Of a stretch of DNA of 38,884 bases, positions 24,721 through 34,929 are shown in pieces. Source of the DNA: an uncultured Pirellulales bacterium (GTDB lineage Bacteria > Planctomycetota > Phycisphaerae > Sedimentisphaerales > Anaerobacaceae); the NCBI GenBank assembly GCA_964649005.1, contig CAZYMD010000015.1, positions 1 to 38,884 on the forward strand, in the 5' to 3' direction. Below the pieces are notes generated by a model that made no database searches, had not been told where the DNA came from, and saw only the letters and a program-made list of their open reading frames with translations. A program made the translations under genes and the position numbers. How positions within the stretch are numbered: position 1 is the stretch's first letter; the number at the start of each line of letters is the position of its first letter.

Positions 24721-26472
24721 ATGCGTAGATCGCTCCTTCGGTTTTTCTCACTGTCCCTTGCCTGCTGTCTGATATCGACACTTACCGTCACAGGGGCTGA
24801 AAAGACCTACGAAGTCGAAGTCCGCACGGATGTGAAGATTCCCATGCGGGACTCCGTGCAGCTCTCAGCCAATATCTTCCTGCCGAAAGCCGAGGGCAAG
24901 TGGCCTGTCATACTCATGCGCAGCCCCTATGGCAAAGGAAACGAAAAACACGGTGACGGCCTGTACTACGCCGCCAATGGCTACGTCTTCATCAGTCAGG
25001 ACTGTCGTGGCAAAGGCCAATCCCAAGGCCCTTGGGAGCCATTTGCAAACGAGGCTGACGACGGCCTGGACACCCACAAATGGATACTCGATCAGCCATG
25101 GTGCGACGGCGCCATCGGCACCGCAGGCGGCTCTTATGTCGGTTTTACACAGTGGGCGTCGGCCCCGGAGGCGGGCGATTATCTTAAAGCCATGTTCCCG
25201 GTCGTCCCGCTAATCGATCCACACGGTGACATAGCCTACATCGACGGCGCCTTTAGTCTGTCCCTGATGATGGGCTGGGGTACTCTCGTGTCAACCCCCT
25301 CCGACAGACTCACCGACATATCCAAATGGGACTCCGCCGCCTGGCTCAAAGCCTACCGGACGCTACCGCTAAACCGATGGGACCGCGTTCTCGGCTTCAA
25401 GGTCCAATACCTGCGAGACTGGGTCGAGCACCAAAATTACGATACTTACTGGTCCGCCCGCAGCGTACGCGACCGCCTCTCGAAAATCAGGGTCCCCATT
25501 TGCGCCGTAGGAGGCTGGTACGATATCTTCGCAAAAAGCACCCTCGACCACGTCAATACAGTCAAGACCAGTTCGCGATCCCGAGATGCCCGCCGCCACC
25601 AGTACGTGCTGATGGGTCCGTGGACGCACGCTGCAGGCAATGCAAAGGTTGGAGATATTGATTTTGGCAAAGACTCCGCAATCAACTTCCGTGAAATACA
25701 AACCCTGTGGTTCGACCACTGGCTCAAAAGCAAAGCAAACGGTGTCGACCAATGGTCGCCGCTGCGCATCTTCGTAATGGGCCGCAACCAGTGGCGGGAT
25801 GAAGGAGAATGGCCCCTGGAACGAACCCGCTACACAAAGTACTACTTTCACAGCAGGGGCAGGGCAAACACATCCGATGGCAACGGGACATTGAACACCA
25901 CCGGTCTGGGCGATGAATCCCCCGATAAGTTCGTTTACAATCCCGATGATCCTGTTCCAACACTCGGCGGGTGCAATCTGTTCGGCTGTCCCGCCGGACC
26001 TCGCGACCAGACAGAAGCCGAGGCTCGCAGCGACGTTCTCGTATTCACCAGCAGGGAGCTGACGACCGAGTTGGAAATCACAGGCCCCGTTAAGGTCATA
26101 CTTTACAGCGCCACTTCGGCGCCTGATACCGACTGGACAGCAAAGCTTGTCGATGTCCACCCTGATGGCCGTCCATTCAATCTGTGCGATGGAATCGTAC
26201 GCGCCTCATGGAGCCGCAAATCTAAAAAACTCGAACCAATCGAGCCCGACAAAATCTACCAATACGAAATCGACCTGTGGGTGACCAGCAACGTATTCCT
26301 CCCTGGCCACAAAATTCGCGTGGAAATATCCAGCAGCAACTTTCCTCGCTTCGACCGAAACCTCAATACAGGCAAGCCTTTCGGCTCAACCGCAACCTGG
26401 AAGAAGGCCAACCAGACCATCTACCACGACAGCGAACACCCCTCGCACATATTACTGCCTGTTATCCCGTGA
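24721..26472 (+). CDS. CocE/NonD-family hydrolase (S15 X-Pro dipeptidyl-peptidase-like alpha/beta hydrolase), secreted
   Basis: Signal peptide MRRSLLRFFSLSLACCLISTLTVTGA. VKIPMRDSVQLSANIFLP...PVILMRSPYGK, nucleophile GTAGGSYVGFTQW (GxSYxG), and a C-terminal beta-sandwich. Confidence 0.85.
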   Translation: MRRSLLRFFSLSLACCLISTLTVTGAEKTYEVEVRTDVKIPMRDSVQLSANIFLPKAEGKWPVILMRSPYGKGNEKHGDGLYYAANGYVFISQDCRGKGQSQGPWEPFANEADDGLDTHKWILDQPWCDGAIGTAGGSYVGFTQWASAPEAGDYLKAMFPVVPLIDPHGDIAYIDGAFSLSLMMGWGTLVSTPSDRLTDISKWDSAAWLKAYRTLPLNRWDRVLGFKVQYLRDWVEHQNYDTYWSARSVRDRLSKIRVPICAVGGWYDIFAKSTLDHVNTVKTSSRSRDARRHQYVLMGPWTHAAGNAKVGDIDFGKDSAINFREIQTLWFDHWLKSKANGVDQWSPLRIFVMGRNQWRDEGEWPLERTRYTKYYFHSRGRANTSDGNGTLNTTGLGDESPDKFVYNPDDPVPTLGGCNLFGCPAGPRDQTEAEARSDVLVFTSRELTTELEITGPVKVILYSATSAPDTDWTAKLVDVHPDGRPFNLCDGIVRASWSRKSKKLEPIEPDKIYQYEIDLWVTSNVFLPGHKIRVEISSSNFPRFDRNLNTGKPFGSTATWKKANQTIYHDSEHPSHILLPVIP

Positions 26473-26489
26473 TAGCCGCTGGACAGGAG

Positions 26490-29400
26490 TTATTCCGTCT
26501 CCGACAGGGCTGTGCTGCAAAGCTGCCTGTGTTTGTTCTGCTCGTCGGAGCCTTCGGCGCCCGCCGCCCCGAGCTTCCAGGCCGACTTCGCCTCCGTTGT
26601 TCGCCCGATCGCTTGTAGAGCCTTTCCTCGCCAATATTGCGCTGCCGCCTCCTGTGGCTTGTTCGACCGGCCAACTCCAATATTTTCAGGATACGTCAAA
26701 GCCGCCTCGAAATCCTGCAGCGCTGCGGTGAAATCCTCATCTTCGAACCGCTCCATCCCGTGCTTCATATGTGCCTTGTGGAACATATCCCATGTTATGG
26801 TCTGGCCTTCCCAGTTCACGAAATAAGGCGTCGATTCCAGCAGGTCGATCGCATTGGTATACTGCTCCTCGTCCAGATAAGCCTGGGCAAGCATGGCAAT
26901 GATATCCGCCCGCCGAAGCTTATCGAAGGGCGTTGATTCAAGAAGCTTGATTGCATCGCCGCGTCTGTCCTGCGCCAGCAGAATCTCCGCCAGATCGCGA
27001 TACAACGTCTGGTCATTACTCCTCGCCTCAATAGCCTTTTTGTAAAGTCCCTCCGCCTTAGGCAGATCGTCCTCGGCCGCCCAGGCATAAAGCCCGAGGT
27101 TGCGATACGCCACACTGAGCGACCGATTCAACTCGACGGCCTTGCCCCAATGCTCCGCCGCCTCTGAAACCCGGCCAAGATGCGCATATAGATTCCCGAT
27201 ATGCAGATGCGCCAGCGCATCTTCAGGATTTTTACGAATCGCATATTTCAGCACTTCCACCGCCTCAGGCCTCGAAGCGAACACATAATCCTTATAAGTC
27301 CCCGCCGCTCGCTCTAAATACTTCCGCGCCGTCGTATAGTCTCCTTCCAACGAACTGAAATAAGCGATGTAATACATTGGCAAAGGACTGCGCAGTACCT
27401 CAGGCACAGCTTCAACACAGACAGCTTCAAGTAATCTCGCCGCCTCCTCATAAAGTCCCATCTCCGCAAAGACAAGACCCATCTCCAACATCTCGAAGTC
27501 GTCTTCTCCAACGAAGTCCCTCACCTCCTTTGCAAAACGCTCCATCTGCCTGTCGCCCTGCAACGCAACCAAAGCCCTCGGAGCCAAATCCGTCGGACAT
27601 TCAGAACTCACCTCTTCTGCATACTTGAAAGCGGTTCGTTTATCCCCAACACTATACATCGCAAGCAGCCAATGGTCCCTCGCCTTAGTATCCTGTGGAT
27701 TCAATCGAACCGCCTTCTGCAAAGCCTCGAACGCCTCTCGATACTCTCCCATCGCCGCATGCGCCCTGCCCGCAAGATCGAAAGCAAGAGCCTCCGTTCC
27801 CGAACATCTCACTGCCTGACGGGCGCAGCGAAGAGCTTCCGCGCCCTCGCCGAGCTTCAAATGGCTCACCCCTAAAAAGTACCAGGCTAATCCATCGTTC
27901 CTGTCGCGTTCGATAGCCTTCTCAAGTCGCGCTGTCGCATCGCTGTACATCGCCGCTTCGATATCGAGAATCGCCAAACTCCGCAGCGCAGGCGAGTATC
28001 CACCGTCCTGTGCCAAAACCTCCTCGTAGTCCCGTCGAGCCGCCTTGCGATTCGTCGCTAAATCGTACTTGTATGCCTTGAGGTATTTTTCCTCAAGCGT
28101 CAGTTCCGAATCCGCCTTGCCCATAAAAGCAGGACGAGGCGGTAGTGACACTTCCGGAATAGGCAGTGGAGTAGTAAAGCTGGCAAGAATATCCCCCCGC
28201 TTGCTCCTGACAACAACATCGGCCGCAGCTTTCGGCCCTGGAGATAGAGTGACAATATCAGGAGCTTTCGGAGACAAATTCAATCGCTTCGTGACAGGCT
28301 TCTTGCCTTTTTCAGAAATAACGCAGGTCGCGCCGGGAAATTCACCCGTGGCGATCATGCGCAATTCAAGCCCGCCATGCTCTCTGCTGGTCTGCACCGC
28401 CAAGTCCTTCGTCGCAAACTCGTAACCTTCACCAAGCCCGTGAACCGGATACCACCATTCGCGCCACGCCACTTCCCGCCGGGGCGCGAGCATCCCGTAA
28501 TCCGACTGTGTGGGCAAGGGCCCGCTCTGAACTTCGATGTAAGGCCCATCGTCATCGGTCAGGTTCTTCTGACTGACCAGGCCAAAATCCCACGTCCCCC
28601 ATGTCCACGCCTTCTTACCGCTCAGCTCGTAATGATTCGCCACCTGAACCACCCCTCGATCCGCATCCACGTCATAGGCCCCGAAGAAATCGAAAACGCA
28701 ATCTACCGAAAAAATCGACGCCCACGTCTTGTAGTTCTTCAGCCAAGACAGATCCTTTCCCTCATTGATTGGCCACGAAAAGGATTTCACCCCGTAATGG
28801 TCCGTCCCGAGCGTCATCGGATAGATGAACCGCGTGCCCGCTCTGTTCGCAAACGCCGTACAGTTCCAGAAGTAGTACGGATTGATCGCATCGACCGGAT
28901 TGAAGATGCGAATCTGCTCGTCCAGATAGGCCCTGCCAGGATGCAGCGTCACCCGCACCGTCCACCGCGTCCGCAGGCTCTTCTCAAGATTGCTTACCTC
29001 TAAATACGCCGAGCCGTCCTTATTGCCGCCCACCAGAGCATCTACTGGCGACAGGATCGTCACCGTATGCACCTGCGGCCCCGCATTCCACTCCACGCCC
29101 CCGCTGATAAAAGCCCCGCGCATCGCTATCATGCTCGGCTTTATCACCCTGTTGAGATGAAACGTCTCCTCTCCCGTCGTCTTATCAAGAACCGAATGAA
29201 GCCGCCCGCCCAAATCAGGCAGACACGTCACCTTCAGGTACTCGTTCTCAAGAAACAGCGCCTTGTACGTTCGATCCTCCTTCGTCCTGTACAAATGGTC
29301 CTGCATCGTATAAGGATAAACGATCGCGCCCTTAACCGTCGTCGAAAGCTTCACCTTATCTTCCAGCGCCCAGAACTTGGGATTCACATCCTCCGCCCAG

Positions 29401-29525
29401 CCATACGTCGGAATCGTAATCTCGCCCTCCCACGCTCGAACTTTTGCCCAACCCCTCGTCGATACCGAAAATAAAAGTGCAACAGAAATGACGCCAACAA
29501 CAAGATTCCGTCTCAAAACGCCCAT
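26490..29525 (-). CDS. Large secreted protein with an N-terminal DUF5107-like domain and a C-terminal TPR-repeat region
   Basis: Signal peptide MGVLRRNLVVGVISVALLFSVSTRGWA. The ~450-aa N-terminal beta-rich domain (WEGEITIPTYGW..., FWNCTAFANRAGTRF) resembles DUF5107. The C-terminal half is rich in helical repeats (LGVSHLKLGEGAEALRCARQAV, HLHIGNLYAHLGRVSEAAEHWGKAVELN), consistent with TPR. Confidence 0.65.
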   Translation of the reverse strand: MGVLRRNLVVGVISVALLFSVSTRGWAKVRAWEGEITIPTYGWAEDVNPKFWALEDKVKLSTTVKGAIVYPYTMQDHLYRTKEDRTYKALFLENEYLKVTCLPDLGGRLHSVLDKTTGEETFHLNRVIKPSMIAMRGAFISGGVEWNAGPQVHTVTILSPVDALVGGNKDGSAYLEVSNLEKSLRTRWTVRVTLHPGRAYLDEQIRIFNPVDAINPYYFWNCTAFANRAGTRFIYPMTLGTDHYGVKSFSWPINEGKDLSWLKNYKTWASIFSVDCVFDFFGAYDVDADRGVVQVANHYELSGKKAWTWGTWDFGLVSQKNLTDDDGPYIEVQSGPLPTQSDYGMLAPRREVAWREWWYPVHGLGEGYEFATKDLAVQTSREHGGLELRMIATGEFPGATCVISEKGKKPVTKRLNLSPKAPDIVTLSPGPKAAADVVVRSKRGDILASFTTPLPIPEVSLPPRPAFMGKADSELTLEEKYLKAYKYDLATNRKAARRDYEEVLAQDGGYSPALRSLAILDIEAAMYSDATARLEKAIERDRNDGLAWYFLGVSHLKLGEGAEALRCARQAVRCSGTEALAFDLAGRAHAAMGEYREAFEALQKAVRLNPQDTKARDHWLLAMYSVGDKRTAFKYAEEVSSECPTDLAPRALVALQGDRQMERFAKEVRDFVGEDDFEMLEMGLVFAEMGLYEEAARLLEAVCVEAVPEVLRSPLPMYYIAYFSSLEGDYTTARKYLERAAGTYKDYVFASRPEAVEVLKYAIRKNPEDALAHLHIGNLYAHLGRVSEAAEHWGKAVELNRSLSVAYRNLGLYAWAAEDDLPKAEGLYKKAIEARSNDQTLYRDLAEILLAQDRRGDAIKLLESTPFDKLRRADIIAMLAQAYLDEEQYTNAIDLLESTPYFVNWEGQTITWDMFHKAHMKHGMERFEDEDFTAALQDFEAALTYPENIGVGRSNKPQEAAAQYWRGKALQAIGRTTEAKSAWKLGAAGAEGSDEQNKHRQLCSTALSETE

Positions 29526-29811
29526 TATCGCGGCCTCCCATTATAAACACCGAAACACGGTTCCATTCCATCTGCCTTTTAGGAAACGCCGGGCAAAAAA
29601 CTCTGCCGACCCAACACCCACCTTACTCTTCTGACCAAAATCCTACTCACAACCGCTCGTTATGCAACAGTTTTCACCCGCATCACGACATTCCCACCCG
29701 CAGCACCAACCTGAACACCCAATCGCCATTGCTAATATGTATTGGAATCACCCCATTAGCCTGATACGATATGTGCCATGAAATCCGACCGAACACTTTT
29801 GAGGTAAAAAA

Positions 29812-32319
29812 ATGAAACCGCACCACATTATCTCGTCCGCTCCGATGCTCCGCAAAAGCAACAGCCCAAGATCCTTCCCCCTACGCATCGAACGCGTAAT
29901 CGCCTGTCTGACATTACTTTCTCTCATCTGCTCAGCATCATCGCCTGTATATGCCAACCCGGCCCAAACGCCCCAGACCCGAATCAGCTCTTATAACGGT
30001 AAGCTGCTAAAACGAGTCCTGGACTCGCGTGACACAGGCGAGAACCTCCTAAGCCCGAATGCCTGGAAGCCCTGGAACAAGGGTTTCACTAAAGAGGACA
30101 ACATCTTCATTTGCGACAATGGCAGCGACTCTCAGGTCCAACGCGGCGTCTCCCAAACGATTCTGATCGATCAGCAAAACCCAGAGCCGATAGTAGCCAC
30201 CGCCTGGAGCAAGGCCGTCAACGTAGGTGGCGGCCGCAACAGCGATTATTCCCTCTACCTCGATCTGACCTACCAGGATGGTACGCCCCTGTGGGGACAG
30301 GTGCACACTTTCAATATCGGATCGCACGACTGGGAGAGAGCCGAAGTAACGATCTTCCCTGAAAAACCCGTTAAAGCCGTGTCGTTCCACATGCTCCTTC
30401 GCCGCCATGCTGGAAAAGCCTTCTTCCGAGATCCGGAGCTGCGTCAAATCAGGCCGCCGAAGGGCGCATCTCTTTTCGATGGAATCCCCATAACGCCCGA
30501 AGCCCCCACAACCGAAGGATTCCAGATAAGGGATGTAGCCGCCGGAACAGATTTCTTTGGCATTGAAGGCTCGACTCTCGATCTTAACCTCAAATGCAAA
30601 ACTACAGAAAAAAACGACGTTACCTTCTACGACCTCATCCTTTCCGACACGAGCGGCAAAGACCGCGCTGTGACGCTCATCTACGCCGTTCCCGTGGTCG
30701 CCGACGGGTGCAGTTGGTTCCATGACCCCCGCACAACCACACAAACTCAGAATGGCCGCGAATATCTCAACGCCGGGCGCTTCGCCGCTGGATCGAACGG
30801 GCAATTGTCACGCTACCCGTTTGGCGCCGTAGCCAACGCCGATGAAGCAGTAGCCCTCGGCATCGACATGGACCGACCGGCATTCTTCCGGATCGGTTAC
30901 AATGCCGCCACGCAGGAGTTGTTCCTGGCATACGACATCGGGCTCGCGCCGGAAAAACCTTCGGCTCACCTGCGTTTCTGCAAATTCAATTTCGATCCCA
31001 GGTGGCGATTCAGAGCTGCGCTGGATAAATATTACAAAATTTTCCCCAAACATTTCTCCAATCGCATCAGCGAACATGGACTCTGGATGCCATTTGCAAA
31101 GATCAGCGATGTCAAAGACTGGCGGGATTTTGGCTTCAAATTTAAGGAAGGAACGAACGAAACCGCATGGGACGATACGCACGGAATCATTACATTCCGA
31201 TACACCGAGCCGATGACATGGTGGATGCGGATGCCCAAAGATACCCCTCGCACCCTCGAAGCCGCCATCGCTGAAGCCCATCGTCTCGCCGAAGAGAAAG
31301 CCGATCCGAAAGCCCGCGCCCTTCTCACAAGCGGCTATCACGACCAAAACGAAAAATTCCCGGCCCGCCTGCTCGATACCCCCTGGTGCGACGGCGCGGT
31401 ATGGAGCATCAACTCAATGCCGAACATCAAGGGCGACATCACGGACTTCAAGAATAAGTGGAACACTTCGTTGCGAGACAACCTCTATGGCCCCCAGCGC
31501 AAGGCCGACCTGGATGGTGAATACATAGACTCCAGCGAAGGATACGTTACCGATGAGCTTAACTTTCGCCGCGACCACTTTTCGACAACGCAAACGCCCT
31601 TGACCTTCTCCATAACCACTCACAAACCCGCAATCTTCCGAGGATCGATCGCATTCGAATATATAAACGCCATCGCCAAAGACATCCACGCCATAAACAA
31701 GCTGATGATGGCCAATTCGACGCCGATCAGGCTCTGCTGGCTGGTCCCGCTGCTGGATGTGATGGGCTCCGAGACCGACTGGAATCCGGGCGGTAACTGG
31801 CGGCCCATGTCGGACGCCGATCTTCTCTTTCGCCGCGTCATGTGCAAAACCAAACCATACTGTTTCCTGATGAACTCCGAATTCGAGCGATTCGGCCACG
31901 ACCTGGTCGAAAAATACATGAAGCGCTGCCTCGCCTACGGCATGTTCCCAGGCTTCTTCAGCCACAACGCCTCCCAGGGCCACTACTTCTCCCGCCCCGA
32001 ACTCTACGAGCGCGACCGCGATCTTTTTCGCAAGTACATCCCCTTATGCAAGTTGCTCGCCGAAGCAGGCTGGCAGCCGATCACCAACGCCCAGACAAAT
32101 CAAAAAGACGTCTACGTCGAACGCTTTGGCGACCATTATCTCACAGTCTTCAACGACAGCCCCAGGCAGCAGCATGTAACCTTAAGCACGCAGATACCCC
32201 TCGGCGCCTCCGCAAAGGATCTTCTAAGCGAACGATACATCATGTGGCAAGATGGCAAGGCAACCTTCACGCTCGCCGGCGAAGACGTCGCCGTCATCAA
32301 GCTAAATCGCCCCGAATAG
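29812..32319 (+). CDS. Secreted 835-aa protein of unknown family (candidate carbohydrate-active enzyme)
   Basis: RBS GAGGT lies before ATG 29812. A long n-region signal peptide ends ...CLTLLSLICSASSPVYA. No motif of a known GH family was recognised by eye. It lies divergent from the DUF5107-TPR gene and upstream of a Tat Gfo/Idh oxidoreductase. Confidence 0.55.
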   Translation: MKPHHIISSAPMLRKSNSPRSFPLRIERVIACLTLLSLICSASSPVYANPAQTPQTRISSYNGKLLKRVLDSRDTGENLLSPNAWKPWNKGFTKEDNIFICDNGSDSQVQRGVSQTILIDQQNPEPIVATAWSKAVNVGGGRNSDYSLYLDLTYQDGTPLWGQVHTFNIGSHDWERAEVTIFPEKPVKAVSFHMLLRRHAGKAFFRDPELRQIRPPKGASLFDGIPITPEAPTTEGFQIRDVAAGTDFFGIEGSTLDLNLKCKTTEKNDVTFYDLILSDTSGKDRAVTLIYAVPVVADGCSWFHDPRTTTQTQNGREYLNAGRFAAGSNGQLSRYPFGAVANADEAVALGIDMDRPAFFRIGYNAATQELFLAYDIGLAPEKPSAHLRFCKFNFDPRWRFRAALDKYYKIFPKHFSNRISEHGLWMPFAKISDVKDWRDFGFKFKEGTNETAWDDTHGIITFRYTEPMTWWMRMPKDTPRTLEAAIAEAHRLAEEKADPKARALLTSGYHDQNEKFPARLLDTPWCDGAVWSINSMPNIKGDITDFKNKWNTSLRDNLYGPQRKADLDGEYIDSSEGYVTDELNFRRDHFSTTQTPLTFSITTHKPAIFRGSIAFEYINAIAKDIHAINKLMMANSTPIRLCWLVPLLDVMGSETDWNPGGNWRPMSDADLLFRRVMCKTKPYCFLMNSEFERFGHDLVEKYMKRCLAYGMFPGFFSHNASQGHYFSRPELYERDRDLFRKYIPLCKLLAEAGWQPITNAQTNQKDVYVERFGDHYLTVFNDSPRQQHVTLSTQIPLGASAKDLLSERYIMWQDGKATFTLAGEDVAVIKLNRPE

Positions 32320-32512
32320 CCACCAAAGTTACTATAGCACAACAAAGAACTGCATATCATAAAATACGACACACAATACATTATATGATATTATTTTATA
32401 TTTGCATCTCACCGCCTTTTCCATTATTCTACTTCTATGGAAATAATGATCTTTCAGACTCGATACCGACACCAGTGCTGTAGGATACTCGCTGGCGTAA
32501 TTTCTTGGAAGG

Positions 32513-32944
32513 ATGGAGAAATTGCCCTTTGAAATTAATATCGACGATGCGAACCGAATAATCGAAGTCGTTGCGCACGGATCCGCATCCCTTGAGGAGC
32601 ACAAGCAGGCTCGAATTGAGGCCGCAATGCTTCTGCGCCACCATGGTTATAAAAGTCTTCTCGTAGACCTGCAAGAATTGCACACTAAAGGCTCAGCGAC
32701 CACCATGACCTGCTTTGATTTCGGAACCACCTATTTGAATGATGGAATACCTGTAGACTGCCTGATAGCACACGTTATACCCGCCGATACAAGCGCATCC
32801 AAAGACGTCGAGTTCGTCTCGACAGTGGCCTCCAATCGCGGCGGTATCATCCAAGAATTCGATACTCTCGAACAATCACGTCAATGGCTCACCTCTACAT
32901 CCATAAAACCAGCAAACACCACCCCAACCAAAACCACCCATTAA
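32513..32944 (+). CDS. Small hypothetical protein (143 aa), possibly a STAS/anti-sigma-antagonist-like fold
   Basis: The ORF is flanked by AT-rich non-coding DNA. MEKLPFEINIDDANRIIEVVAHGSASLEEHKQARIEAAMLLRHHGYKSLLVDLQEL has an alternating beta/alpha character. It has no convincing spaced RBS. Confidence 0.35.
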   Translation: MEKLPFEINIDDANRIIEVVAHGSASLEEHKQARIEAAMLLRHHGYKSLLVDLQELHTKGSATTMTCFDFGTTYLNDGIPVDCLIAHVIPADTSASKDVEFVSTVASNRGGIIQEFDTLEQSRQWLTSTSIKPANTTPTKTTH

Positions 32945-33247
32945 TTCCAAACCGCTCGTTTTTCCGAGCCTGTCTCCGCCTTATTCCACAATACACATTC
33001 TGGAATGCTCGAATTGAAGATTGACAGTGCGACAAGCACTGACATTTGCGTATTAGAGCTAAAGTCTGCATATATCAAACACTCTTACTCACCCCTATCC
33101 CAACGCTCTGCTCGTGCAGCAGAAACGATAAAGTCCAACCGCGAAGGATTTGTCCCTTGTATGCAATCGCAACAGCGTATACACTTATTGTTCGATCTTG
33201 ATAACTGCCAAATTCGTAACGAAGTCAAAGCAATAAAGGAGGCTAAC

Positions 33248-34561
33248 ATGATTCAACGTCGCCAATTCCTAAAATCCACCGCCGCCGGACTCGGATTTTT
33301 CATTCTTCCCAGTGGTGTCCTCTCCGGCGCAAACGCGCCCAGTAATAAGCTCAATGTAGCCCTGATCGGCGCGTGGGGCCGAAGTCGGGCTCACCATGGC
33401 CCCGTCTCAAGCGAGAATGTCGTGGCCCTGTGCGATATTGATGAAAACAATCTGGCCAAGGCCGCGGAGAAGTTCCCGAAAGCCGAGCATTACATCGACT
33501 GGCGAAAATGCCTCGACCATAAAGGTATCGATGCCATTATATGCTGCACCACCGACCACACTCACGCTTTCGTCTCCAACTGGGCTCTGAATCGCGATCT
33601 TCATATCTATTGCGAAAAACCCCTGGGCAACTGCGTACATGAAGCCCGCGTATGCCGTGAAAAATACATGAAGAAAAAACACAAACTCGCCACCCAGATA
33701 GGCACCCAGCGTCACGCTCAACCTAACTTTAATCGTCTCCGTGAGCTTATCATCGATGGTGTCATAGGCGAACTGACGGATGTCTACGCATGGGGCAACC
33801 GCCAGATTCCCAAACCTGGTTACCTCCCGGCAAAGGGTGATCCGCCAAAGAACCTCCATTACGACCTCTGGCTCGGACCATCCCCGTGGCATCCTTACAA
33901 TCCAGACTACTTCCATGGCTGTCTCGGATGGAATATGTATTGGGACTTCGGCTCAGGCCAGATCGGTGACATGGGTAGCCATACAATCGACCTGGCATGG
34001 AACGCAATCGATGCGAAACTGCCGACAAGCGCTGAAGCCAAAGGCGACCCGTTCAATTCGGATGTAACGCCGGTCAAGATGGAAAGCCACTTTGACTTCC
34101 CGGCTAACGACTGGCGACCCGCCATCCGCTTTCACTGGTATCAGGGTGGAGCAATGCCCAGATCGCCCAAGGGCTACGTTGACTTAAACAAGATCGGCCA
34201 CGGTGTAATGTTCAAAGGCAAAAAAGGCTTCGTCATCGGCGACTTTGACTCGCGAATCATCCTCCCCTTTGGCAACGATGCCGACCTGACATATTATAAC
34301 AGACGCAGCAAGGATAAAATCATTCCCGATTTGGGTCACTTCCAGAAAGAATGGGTCGATGCCTGCAAAGGCGACCTCAAGACCTCATGCGATTTCGAAT
34401 ACAGCGGCGACGCAATCGAAACAATGCTCTTAGGTTTGGTAGCCTACAGGGTAGGCAAAAAGCTTGAATACGACGGCGCCAAAGGCGTAGTCAAAAACAG
34501 CGACGAAGCCAACGCCTTGCTAACCAGAAAATACCGCGACGGCTGGACCCTTGAAGGATAA
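33248..34561 (+). CDS. Tat-exported Gfo/Idh/MocA-family oxidoreductase
   Basis: RBS AGGAGG lies before ATG 33248. Twin-arginine signal [30 protein letters not shown], then [15 protein letters not shown] / CDIDEN / EKPLG Rossmann features. The ORF-track start 33005 lies in AT-rich leader sequence. Confidence 0.85.
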   Translation: MIQRRQFLKSTAAGLGFFILPSGVLSGANAPSNKLNVALIGAWGRSRAHHGPVSSENVVALCDIDENNLAKAAEKFPKAEHYIDWRKCLDHKGIDAIICCTTDHTHAFVSNWALNRDLHIYCEKPLGNCVHEARVCREKYMKKKHKLATQIGTQRHAQPNFNRLRELIIDGVIGELTDVYAWGNRQIPKPGYLPAKGDPPKNLHYDLWLGPSPWHPYNPDYFHGCLGWNMYWDFGSGQIGDMGSHTIDLAWNAIDAKLPTSAEAKGDPFNSDVTPVKMESHFDFPANDWRPAIRFHWYQGGAMPRSPKGYVDLNKIGHGVMFKGKKGFVIGDFDSRIILPFGNDADLTYYNRRSKDKIIPDLGHFQKEWVDACKGDLKTSCDFEYSGDAIETMLLGLVAYRVGKKLEYDGAKGVVKNSDEANALLTRKYRDGWTLEG

Positions 34562-34589
34562 AAACAACTGGAATTGAATTAGTTTATTG

Positions 34590-34624
34590 GAGCCTGGCGT
34601 CCCTCGTGCCAGGCTCTTTTTTTA
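34590..34624 (+). terminator. Rho-independent terminator
   Basis: ggagcctggc-gtccctcgt-gccaggctc, followed by tttttttt immediately downstream of the oxidoreductase stop codon. Confidence 0.7.
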
Positions 34625-34929
34625 CCTCTTCAATCAATCCCATACCTCAATACAACAGTTACCGTAGACGCTATTCGTAACTTGCGGTGTCATTCCGCCT
34701 GGAATCACGATGTATGTCATAATGAAATGAAGGAATCCAATCACAAAAATAGTGCATGTTACATATTTTTAATACACACTGAAACGCGAAGCTTTCAAAC
34801 AAAACCAAAAATGATTTAGAAATACCTCCTATCAACTTGACGTCGTCCTAATGGGTGTTACTATTGACAACCTGAGGGCCATCAATACGGCTTTGCTTGC
34901 GATATCTATTGAAGAGTTGAGGAAACGAT

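Noticed and set aside
25369-26160. 263-aa minus-strand ORF antisense to the CocE/NonD hydrolase
   Set aside because: It lies within a well-supported S15-family hydrolase gene on the opposite strand and has no independent support.
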